Shown: piece by piece, positions 35,901 through 47,833 of the stretch
How positions within the stretch are numbered: the stretch's first letter is position 1
Layout of the letters: each line of letters starts with the position of its first letter
From: Callorhinchus milii
Taxonomy: Eukaryota
DNA length: 64,000 nucleotides
Assembly: GCF_018977255.1 (NCBI RefSeq)
Contig: NW_024704761.1
Span: 2,232,001-2,296,000, forward strand
Direction: 5' to 3'
Program-made: the position numbers and the translations under genes
The notes under the pieces: generated by a model
What the model was told of the DNA's origin: nothing
Databases searched by the model: none
The model's input: only the letters and a program-made list of their open reading frames with translations

Positions 35901-38900
35901 GTAATAATTCCTTCAAAATAATAATAAATTTGTCACTCAATCCACGACTGTTTGTGGGACGCTTCTGTGTGGAATTGGCTGCCGTGTTTCACCCACAAAA
36001 TATACAGTCAATGCACTTTGAAGACGTGATAAGACACTATATCAAATGGAAGGATTATTATTATTATGTAACTCTACATAGTTAGAAGAGCAGTGGTCCA
36101 GCAATCGAGGATGGAGACAGAGAGATAGAGTTGGGTGTCATCTGTGTCTATGTGGAAGTGAACCCCATGCCTGTGGATGATGTCACCAATGGGAGCAGAT
36201 AGATACTGAAAAGGAGAGGACTAATGCCCTGAGGATCAATGCACTGAAGGGATGGGAGGATTGGAAGAGACAAAGTGACAACCCTGTACTTGGCACACGT
36301 CAAATAATCAACAAGTGACTACCCTCCTTAGGGGTGATAAGCGGAGTCTTTGGAGCTGAACTGGCTCCAAGCTGATATGCTTGGCAAAAGAGCTCTATGT
36401 TTGCTGGATATTGGGGATACATATAAAAAAAGCAGATAGGCAAGCTACGGCTCTTCATTCTTTAAAATAGGTGACTAAAGGCAAACTTATAGAGGTATAT
36501 ACCACTGTAAATGGGATTGAGAAGGTCAATTCAGAATAATACACTCAGATGTGGAACAAAAGGATTACAACGCGCAATTTCTGGACAGATATCTGAACGT
36601 AATCCTATCCGTTTTCATGTTGCAGTGGTATGATCCTGAGAGCTCCATCCTGGGTAATGAATGCCTTTCAGGTAAATGTCGCTACTCTTATTTTGTTTTT
36701 GCTCAATCAGGTGTCTAGGTTATATTGGCAAATCTGTTTATTCAATTTGTAAATGTAAATTATATTATCCTGGAAATATGCCAAAGGCCCTCCATCAACC
36801 TGACCATTCGTGTTTGATAGTTTGGTGTCAGTTTTCGCATGTCTAATTTTCTTTTGTACACAGAACCTTTTCTCTCACTGTTGCTGGTTGTGTCGCAGAT
36901 GAACTTTGCCCTTGATTTAGAGGTATGTGTCTCTCCATACTGCGTCTCACATTCAATTAGAAAGTATGCCACTGCTTCTCCCAGTGGCTTAGTTTTTATC
37001 AAATGAAATAAAATTGATCATTCATCTCCTGGCTGTTTGTGGGGATATTGCTGTGTGCAAATTGGCTAAAATCTTCGCCTACAAATGTACAGCACGCTGC
37101 GTCACAGTGTCCTGGGAAGCGCTGTGAGACGACCTGCCTATGTGACGATGATGCCAGTGAAATCCTTTTGAAGTGTAATAGGTTAGAAAGGTATTGCAAA
37201 GTATTTCTGGAGAGTTGAGACCATTGAGAAGGACCTGCTAGAGGTCTTTAAGACTAACAAAAGGATTGGCTAAGGTGGATGTTGATGGGCTGTTTTTATA
37301 ATGCACCAAATCTGTTTTTATTGATCGATTTTTTTTTTTACTTTGCAGAACAGTAGTTTCCTGGATGAGACCTGGCTGCTTCCGGTAGGCACAGATATCA
37401 CCCGCTTTACCATTGCCTCAGTAAAGACTCCTGCCATTACCATTGGTGTTCCCTGTCGCTTCTCTGATGGTTTGATGTCTGACTTAGTGAAACAAAATGC
37501 TAAAGGATTATCTCAGTCATATAAAGCACTTAAAATAAAGGCTCTAGGCGGGGCCAAAGTCTATAATCTTCTATTGGGTGTTGGAGGGTGTTCAGAGGGA
37601 GAGTTTTTCTTCAAAACATTTCTTTTGGATATAGAGGAAATAATATCTCCATAAAGTAGTTCTTTAATTGATACAATGCCTTTGATGTTTCTTCTCCTGC
37701 ATTCAGATGCTGCAGTGAGCAGAGCCGTTATCTCCTGGTGTAGGTCATTGAGTTTATGGGAACAGAAGCTGTGTGTGGATCCAATTGGAGCCACCCAAAT
37801 GTAGGACAGTTCAGTTCCCTCAAGGGAATAGCCATTCCCCCTAGACTGTATTTCCACCATTTTATTAAATTCTTCTGATCCTTAGCTGTGATAAGGTGGG
37901 GACTGTGTTGAGAGGTGACCTTGCAGTGAGGTGGTTGACACAAGGCTGTTTTTGCACAGGTGTGTGAGCTGTATGAGACTGTCCCCTGCCGGGATCTGGG
38001 AATGGCACTCAGGTAAGCGCAAAAGCCACAACACTGAACGCACAAGCCAGTGAATTACTAGGACTAACCAATAGTGGGGGAATTGCCCATTGTACAGAAA
38101 TCAATGCACCAAACGACAATAGTTAAAGCATGTTGAGTTGAGGTTTGCCACAACTGCAGTTGTTACTGAGCAGAAAATGTGTGACGTCTGAGGATCTAAA
38201 CTCAACTGATTTAACAACATCTCCCGACGTCCTGTTTCAAATTTTGACTCATTTGGAAAGAAAAAGGCTGTGATCTGTGGTGGGTCAGGTTCCAGTGAAA
38301 AGTCATTCTATAACTTTTGGAGGCTTCTGCTAATGGGATATTTAACAGACTTTCGGGGATGATGGTGTTTTCTTTCAGATACGTGGAGAAGCGTATTTTT
38401 GTTTCGGAGGTGATAGCAGGAAGCCAAGCCGAGGCAGATGGATGTGTCCTAGCGGGAGACATTATTGATGAAATCAATGGTATTTCCACCAGAAATGCTC
38501 AGAAAGGCCAGGTATGTCGCACGGACATATAACAAGTACAACAACAACCTTGCATTTATATTGCAACCTTGACATAGGGTAGTGTCTCGGAGCACTTAAC
38601 TCTGTTGGTTTCTGGGCTAAACTTTCAGTAGGAATCTGACAGGGCATTACAGCTATGTTTATGGCAATGCCATCCACGCTTAGGATGTGAATGATCATTA
38701 CCTAATGCAGACGATCTGTGACGTTAGGAGTGGCTCCTCACGGAGCACAAGAATTTGATGCAATTACATTTAACATGAAAACGTTTCTAAACCTCACTAC
38801 ATCGCAAGCTGTGGTGATCATTCACATCCTTCCTGTAAATGGCAGAGCTTACAGACAAGGAAGATGCCTTGGTCTTTGCTGAGTTAGCTAATGGGACAGC

Positions 38901-41900
38901 TCTAGATCATGACGATGGTCAATGTTCCAAGGCGAGGGAAGGACAAATAGCCAGGATTCCCATTCATGATTATTATACACTGAAATCTGCTGGTAAATGA
39001 TAAGTTGGATATTGGTGATGAGCTGTAGATTGGTGACAATGTTCAAACTCAGACAGGTTCGAGCAGCAGGACAGTATCTCATCAGTAAAGAGAAGGGGAA
39101 AATGGGAAAAAAAATGTTATTCTACCCTGGGCTTTGCAGAGTTGCCGTTACTCTAATCTTTTTACTGTGAATATTTGCCAGGCTCAATCGGTTCTGCAGA
39201 AACTTCGAGGAAAGCCTTTATGTTTCCGCCTGATCCGCTGGAAATGTCACGATGGATCAATCTACAGACCACTGGTGCCTCATCTCCAAGTGCTGCAGCA
39301 GGACATCCCCAATTTTCAACTCAAATATGACAACACATTAAATGAAGAAAAGCCCGAGGCTATTGTGCAGGATGGGAGGTGAGAATGGGGGAGATGGATG
39401 GAAGAATGTGACGGTTGCTTTAAGTGTCAGTACCACACAACTTTGCATTTGTATAGAGCCTTTCACGCGGGGTAGCGTCTCGGAGCGTTTAAATAACATA
39501 ATACGATGTAGATTTACATAGAATTTACAGCACAGACTGGATCACTTTGCCCAACCAGTCTGTGCCGGTGCTTATACTCCATGTGAGCCTCCACCCACTC
39601 CTTACTCCCTCCCACACCCTTCCATTCCCCTCTCCCTAATGTGTATATCTTTATATCTAATCTAAATAATAATAATAATAATTTGGTCACTCAATCCACG
39701 ACTGTTTGTGGGACTCTGCTGTGCAATTGGCTGCCGCGTTTCACCCACAAAATACAGTCAATCTACTTTACAGAATATCCTGTGAAGCACTTTGAGACGT
39801 GTCGAAAATGTGATAAGGCACTATATCAAATGCAAGGATCATTATTATAAAATAAAGTGAATGATTGATGGCAGATGATAGTGCTGATGTTAAATTTTAT
39901 CAGGTTTATCAACATTTTGAAAGCTAGTTTCTATAATATTTTGCTTTTCGAGTAATAAAAAGTGTTGTGGCATTTTCCGCCTCACCCTAAGGGTGCAGAC
40001 TTTGAATACTGTATTGCTATTATACTGAGGAGTGATTGACTGAAGGTTAGAGCGACTATCAGAGAGAGAGAGAGAGAGAGAGGATCAGAGAGTGATACTC
40101 CCTTCCTTACTCTTTTCCCACAGGTTCCTATATTCGTTGCGTTACCTGGGCCAGGTGAATATTGGAACGGTAAACAGTTTTCAAGTCATGACTGTAGACC
40201 CAAACACAAGATCACGGTGACGCAGTGTGCGCTGTGATTCCCTGTAGTTCTATGACGTATGTATGAAGCACAGTTTCATTTCTGCTTTATTATGAAGCAG
40301 GCGATGAAGACATTTCTCTCTCAGGTCTTAGTCACTGAAATATGATGTTCTTCTAATTTTGTTGCTCATTTCCTACCAGCAGTTCTTGTCAGCAAAGGAG
40401 GATAGTGTTCGAAATATTTACCCAAATATGCAGTGATAATGATCCTTGCATTTGATACAGCTCCATATCAAGTCTTCGAGACGTCGCAAAGCACTTCACA
40501 GAATATACTGCAAAGTGAATCGACCGTATATTTTGAGGGCGAAACGTACAGGAGATTCAATATTCACAAATAGTAGTTTACACAAGATACTTTGATCTTA
40601 AAAAATTCTGTTTTGTTAAAACCCACCTCAATATTTATGTGATTTAATAATAGAATCATGGCTGCAGGGTAGTCTAACCTAAACCTGATGTACCACAGTC
40701 CACACCAGAACTCTATTGTATACACTGCAGCTGCATTCAGTATTGTTTCATTGATATATTACTATAAATTGGGACAATCCAATGAATGATCTCTCACCAT
40801 TTTTTCTTGCAGTATGGTGGGAAGGAAGTATTGGATGAGGGAATCACAAAGGTCCTTGAGCAAAATCATGTACCACAGGTGAGAATCAGTATTACTACTT
40901 TGGGAGCCCAATAAATCATTTTAAAAAATTAATAAATAAATAAAGTAACAATAATTTGGTCATTCAATCCACCGCGGCTTGTGGGACACTGCTGTGCGCA
41001 ATTGGCTAGACAAAGTGAACTATTACTCGGTCACAAAGGTTTGACATGCACACTTCTGCTCTGTGCTTCAGGCTGGTTTAAGTTAATATAATGAAAACCA
41101 TCTGTAGCATTTGCATATTTATTTTAGTTTCGGACAGCAGCCAACTGCCACGTAAGGGAACCCATCACTGCGCTTACGAGAATCCAAACTATACAGAGTC
41201 CCAGACGTGCCACTTAAAGGTTGTTTCTTTGTTTGCAGAACACATCTTTTATAAAGTACATTTAAACAGGAAACAGAAGTTTCTGAAGAAGACTAATAGC
41301 TTACGGTGCACCCGTGCAGAAAGCAGATTAATTGTGTTCTGTTGCATTTGTTTTGTATATCAGGAGGTTTTATTTGATGTAAAGGAAACAGAAGTGATAA
41401 GCCTGAAGAAGGATTTTTCCCAGGTAACGATTCATCTGTCTCAATAGAACAACTTGTATTTGCCTTCACAGCGAAAGCAATGGAGGTGGGATTTAACAAT
41501 AAAGAGGGGACGAGATCGAGGCAGAGGTTAGGGGCTTGTGGCTGAAGGCTCAGCCGCTGATGGTGGTGTGGAGAGGTCAGAGTAAGCCGAGTTAGCAGAA
41601 CAAAGGCGATCTTGAAATCAATGCCTTAGGACACAGGGAGCCAGGAGAGGATGTGGGTTGACAAGGGCAGAGGAGTTTCAAATGAACTGGACCTTGTGCA
41701 TGGTTCAAAGAATTGTTGTTTTATGATGTAGAATGTATCATCACAATCAGTTGTTTGTCATTTATGACATTCAAAAGGGAATCAGATCAACAAGTTCCAC
41801 CCTGGCTCAGCCAACACTGCTCCCGCCTGAGTCAGAATGAGTTTCTTCTGAAATTCTTATGAATCATTCTGTCGTCTCCTAAAATCTACCTCAATCTGCT

Positions 41901-42812
41901 CTTTATTTCAGGTCCTGTTCCATCATCACTACCCTGAGATCTCCTCTGTGGGACATCGAGTGGATAAAAGGACCCTTTTTGCTTACTGTGTGGCGTAAGT
42001 GGGGAACTTTAAAGAAACCTTTTGCCCAGGCAGATAATAATAATCCTTACATTTGATAACAACTTTATATAGCGTCCTTCATGTAGGATAGACTCTGAGC
42101 ACTCATCAAGATAGGGTCGAACACCAAATGAGACAGGAGTAACTACAAGTGCAGTCGAAGAGGTAGGCTGTTGGGCAGGATTTAAAGACAGATAGAGAGT
42201 AATGGCATAGGGGCAGAGTTGTTCCAGAGGTTAGTCGTGTTGTAGTTGAAGGCTCAGCCACTGATTTACCAGATGTAGTAAAATATAATTACAATTATTA
42301 ATAAGAATCCTTGATCTGAAGCAGCACCTTATATTGTTGAGATGTCTTAAAAGTGCTTCATAAGATACATTGTGAAGTTTATTTTGTGGCTGAACATTAC
42401 ATTTTTAAGAGGATGTTGCTTTATTTCAGCGACAGCCCAGAAACACCGCACACGTGTTCTTTTATCTGCTTGGTGTTCGAGACAAAGTCAGAAAAGGATG
42501 CTGATGAAATTATCATGAGAATAGGTGAGTGTATCAGGGGTTGGATTTACCTCATTTTCTTCCCCACGTGCACAGGCACGATGAGCCGAATGGCCTCCTC
42601 CTGCGCTGTAATATTCTACAATTACAATTATACGTCATACAAGAGAGGGAGAGGTTTAAGCCAGTAGGAAAAGATCCTATTGGGAGCTTCAGCCAGTCCT
42701 GTGCAGTCCTACACTGGGAGCGTTGCCGATACCTTTGAGGTGAATAATTGTAAGTCTTGTTCTTTTAATATTTCCAGCTGCAGGGTTCAGACACACGGAG
42801 TGGTTTGTGTGA
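32958..42812 (+). CDS. Uncharacterised RUN + PDZ + PTB domain adaptor protein, ~428 aa
   Basis: 16 GT-AG, phase-consistent exons: 32958-32994, 34451-34558, 35161-35236, 35635-35791, 36626-36671, 36864-36922, 37349-37384, 37960-38012, 38379-38511, 39182-39378, 40124-40169, 40813-40878, 41364-41423, 41912-41994, 42430-42524, 42778-42812. RUN blocks [44 protein letters not shown]; PDZ DLGMALR...[24 protein letters not shown]; PTB-like LRYLGQV...HYPEISSVG...FAYCV...CLVFET...EIIMRIAAGF. AATAAA at 43029-43034. Confidence 0.88.
33211..33530. repeat. G-rich minisatellite (GGGCAGTGGTTAGGTGGCAAT-type units) in intron 1 of the RUN-PDZ-PTB gene
   Basis: Repeated GGCAGTGG / GGCAATGG / GGTGGGG modules. 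Confidence 0.9.
34050..34372 (+). mobile_element. Longer Deu-domain SINE copy
   Basis: Contains CCCATGGCACTAT...GGAGTT...CCCGGTGTCCTGG...GCTGTGCGCAAAATGGCTGC, resembling the DeuSINE core, then the shared (ATT)n tail. Confidence 0.75.
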
Positions 42813-43854
42813 CGGTGTTGGTGTTGCTGAGCCGTATCTTGGGAGACTTGTGATCGGAGTTACTGTCGTGTGCACATTGCCAACATGAACTATTGGGTGT
42901 TGAACTGAACTTACCTTTGGGAGTTTTGTGGTTTTCGGTGTATATATTTTTGTACAATTTTCAGTGTTATCCTTTTAAATCCAGTTTTATTGTACCCACA
43001 GTTGTCTTACTACACTTAAAAGTGATAAAATAAATGATTGATATGAACTTTTTCTCATCTCATCAATTCTACGATAAACTGGCAACGTGAATCCATAATC
43101 GTCGGTCTGGATTTTTGGAATGTTGTAGGGACTTGTCGTCCTCGCTCACAGCCTTGGCATCACCGATCAGTCCATCGCAGACAAGGCCAACCCCCTCCCA
43201 AGCACTCCATCTTATTCCCTTGGGAGACAAGACCCCCCCCCACCCCCGGTAAGGAAGAGGCAAATGTAGAGGTTCTCTCCGGCTGATTCTGTAGTGATAT
43301 ATAAATACAGCTGTGCATTTAAACGGTCAATGTAACTGGGCTTCAATCTGTATGTTGCCATTATATGGAGCAGATTGAGAAGAAGTGGTTTTCAAACACT
43401 TTATTGCAACTTTCTGTACAGTTTTCATATTACAATTTTGCTCAACATAACATACACAGTAATCTAAACTGGGGCATTTCCTCATTTGTTCATAACATTT
43501 CACTGTAGTTGACACATTACACAAGGTCTTGCAGGATGGAGAAACCCTGTACTGACTGAACATGCTCCGGTGAATGGAGCCATAATTGAAGGCAGAATGC
43601 TGAAGGTCAATCGCACATCACCAGTTTTCACTTTTAAGTACATGCGACTAGAATTTAAATGTAAATCAGGCTGCATTACTGAAAGAGAAAAGTGTTTCCC
43701 TTTTACACATCACGTCTGATCTATACTTTGTATGCCAAAATGATTTCCCCTCCAGCTAATCTGAAATGTAGATAGGCCAACATCCTGCCCGAGACCATTT
43801 CCAACATTCCACTCCCGCCCTGGTGAATGTCCTCGCAGGACGCAGCAGTGCAAA

Positions 43855-44241
43855 TAATAATAACAGCCGTTACTACAGTCTGTCGGGAAGCCAACCGCAC
43901 GTGTCCTTAGCAACTTAGTCCCCCCACTGCAGATAGTGATTGCCACACAGCTGATTAGCGGGGGGACACACTCTCCTCCTCTCCCTTCCTCCTCTCTTCT
44001 CTCACACACGCTTCTCTCTTCCTCCTCTCTCTCTCTTCCTCCTCTCACACACACACACCCTCTCCCCTCCATCCTCTCTCTCACACACTCTCTTCCTCCA
44101 CTCAAACTCTGTTTCTCTGCGCTTCACCTTACATTCTCTCCCTATCAGCCACGTAGATTACTACCTGCCCCAGCAGGCGCCAGCACGGATGGCAAGAGAT
44201 GTGCTTGGCTTCCCGACAGACCCACGATGGCCGGTATTATC
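43855..44241. mobile_element. MITE-like element with ~50-bp imperfect terminal inverted repeats and a CT-rich interior
   Basis: GTCTGTCGGGAAGCCAA (43878-43894) is the exact reverse complement of TTGGCTTCCCGACAGAC (44205-44221); similarity extends on both sides into TA-rich ends. Confidence 0.6.
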
Positions 44242-45193
44242 TCCGCTCTGGGTCCTCCCAACTGCCAGTTCCTGCCGTTGCCGTGACAGGATGTTCACCA
44301 GGGAGGGAGGGAAAGTTGGAAATGGTCACAGGCTGGATAAAATCACCATTCTGCCACTCGTTGGACCATGCTGAACATATAGTTAAACCTGGCTTTATGC
44401 CTGGGAAAACATGGGAGAATTCAGAACTAATACACATTTAGTTTGATCCTATTCTTCCAATGTCTAGTACTTCTATGAGGACAGTTATTTTAATGCCACA
44501 CACAACAAGTGCTATACAATCTACTCAATCTAAGATCAAACCAATTCCTATACAGACTACCCCATTATGAAGTTACTGTACTCATTTACAGATGAACATA
44601 ACATAAAACATTTGTAAGTTCAACAATTTATAGGTGAAACACCCCAAAAAGATCAACTTGAAAAATAATTATGCATAAATAGATATGTAGCTGCCAAGCT
44701 GCACACTTCAGCTAGATGTACAAAATATCAATGCAATTTACTCAATGTAAGACTGCATCAATTCCTCCTGAGTTACCAATGGAATGACACGATATTAGGA
44801 AGCGTTTTTCCAGTACTCTTAAAAAGTTGACATGGTACAAAATGTTCTAAGAAATACCTCAATAGAAAACCCATATACAATAAAAAAAATGTACTTGTAT
44901 GCTTTTAGTAGTGATGGGCAACATTTCCATTGCAGCTCATGTTGAAGATCACAGGACAGTTCTTTTCAATTCATGTGCATTGTTTAATAAAAATCCAATA
45001 AGGGCTCCCCCCCCCACCACCCTAATAAGCTTTAGAAAACTGAATAAAAACTGAATACCAGATACACAAGTGCATATTCTCACTTGTAACAAGTCCATAT
45101 CCTGACAATCCCATCAGTAAATGTTTGCAGTTTTAAGTAAAACCTTGCAATGTTTTAAAGGTCCCATTGTCCATTGCTGATATGTTTGTTGTA

Positions 45194-46281
<1,088 letters not shown>

Positions 46282-46795
46282 TCAAGTCTGGGAGTCGAAA
46301 AGGGGACCACAAATCGCATCACACAATGCGGGGAGGGACGAGGGGGGGGAGGGGAGGAGGAGGAGGAGGGGGGCGATTCCAGACCAACTGACACCGCTGC
46401 CTCGTGCCCGCCCGCGATGCGCCCCCCCACCCTCCCCCCCACCTCGGGCCGTCCGTTTCCGCTCGCTCTTTCCCCCCCCAAAACGCGCGAGCATAAAAAT
46501 AAATAAATAAATAACCAACCAACCCAACCGCCGGCCTTAACGGCGCGACGCGATCGGTGTCCGACGCGAGCCGAGCGCAACACTTAAAAAAAAGTCCGGG
46601 AAAAAAAAGCCACGGCGGAAAGGGACTAAAACGGCTGAGAGAGAGAGAGAAAAAAACACACAAAAAAAAAGGAAATCTGTCGCCCCCCCGGTTAACGGCT
46701 CCCGTGAGCGGCGCGACTCCGCGGCCTCATACGCGCCGCACCCACCTGCTGCTCGCTGACTCGTTGTTCTGGTGACGAGTGCGGCTGAGCGCCGC

Positions 46796-46976
46796 TTTTA
46801 TAGACGCTGCGCGTAGCGACGGGATGGCGTCATCCGCCCGCAGAACCCCGGGGACCCGCTACGCTCCCATTGGCCAGAAGCTCGGCCTCTGATTGGTCTT
46901 TAACGCCGCACGTCTATAGGTCCATTCTTATTAAACGAGCCAATCAGCGACTAGCCGAAGGGCGCGTCCTGATTGG
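46796..46976 (-). promoter_or_regulatory. H3.3 promoter: TATA box and four CCAAT boxes
   Basis: TATAAAA on the minus strand at 46796-46802, about 25-30 nt upstream of the non-coding exon; CCAAT/ATTGG at 46869, 46892, 46940, 46972; CpG-rich. Confidence 0.8.
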
Positions 46977-47042
46977 CCCATCCGTGACAACTTTCGATCC
47001 AGCGGCTGACTCCAAGCTCAGAGACCAGCAGCGCGGCCACCG

Positions 47043-47431
47043 CAGGGCAATACAGGGCAACCACAGGGCAATACAGGGCAACCACAGGGGCAATACAGGG
47101 CAACCACAGGGGCAATATAGGGCAACCACAGGGGCAATATAGGGCAACCACAGGGGCAATGGATAGGGCAGCCACAAGGGCAATACAGGGCAACCACAGG
47201 GGCAATACAGGGCAACCACAGGGGCAATACAGGGCAACCACAGGGGCAATGGATAGGGCAGCCACAAGGGCAATACAGGGCAACCACAGGGGCAATATAG
47301 GGCAACCACAGGGGCAATACAGGGCAGCCACAGGGGCAATGGATAGGGCAGCCACAAGGGCAATACAGGGCAACCACAGGGGCAATACAGGGCAACCACA
47401 GGGGCAATGGATAGGGCAGCCACAGGGGCAA
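47043..47431. repeat. 22-bp minisatellite (GGGGCAATACAGGGCAACCACA) with 90-bp higher-order structure
   Basis: A 24-bp variant unit containing ATGGATAG recurs at 47159, 47249, 47339 and 47407. Confidence 0.95.
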
Positions 47432-47544
47432 TAGGAGGGGCATTAGGAGGGGAAGAGGCTTCTTTGCAAAGAGCAATTGGGAGGACATTGACCTGTTCCT
47501 GTGCTGCAGAAATCAATGCAATTGCAATTGGTGAAAGCTTTGCC

Positions 47545-47833
47545 TCACGTTGGTAACACTCTCCTCTCTGTGAGTCAGAGAGTTATTGGCTTCGAGCCTC
47601 ACCTCTGGACTTTGAGGTTACGCTGGCGCTCCAGGGCGGTGGTGGGGGTGTTGCACCGTCGGATGAGACGTTGAACCGAGGTCCCGCCTTGTCTTGTCCA
47701 GGTGTTCGTTCGAGACCCCGTCCAAAAGAGAAGAGAATTTCTCTTTCCTGGCGCGTCCAGGCCAACAATCCCCCAAATAGAATTGGTTGCGCGCTACGCG
47801 GCTGTTGGTGAAACATTGCTGTGTGCAGTTTGG
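47545..47833 (+). mobile_element. Deu-domain SINE with tRNA-derived head, 3'-truncated
   Basis: Head GGTAACACTCTC...TGAGTCAGA...GCTTCGAGCCTCAC, then GGATGAGACGTTGAACCGAGGTCCC and the Deu-like core. Confidence 0.65.

Noticed and set aside
47043-47431. CRISPR-like appearance of regular repeats
   Set aside because: No unique spacers, no cas genes, vertebrate context; it is a tandem minisatellite.
46944-47516. Cys/Pro-rich repetitive ORFs (YCPCGCP...) resembling metallothionein or keratin-associated proteins
   Set aside because: The 22-bp minisatellite is open in several frames and its period is not a multiple of 3.
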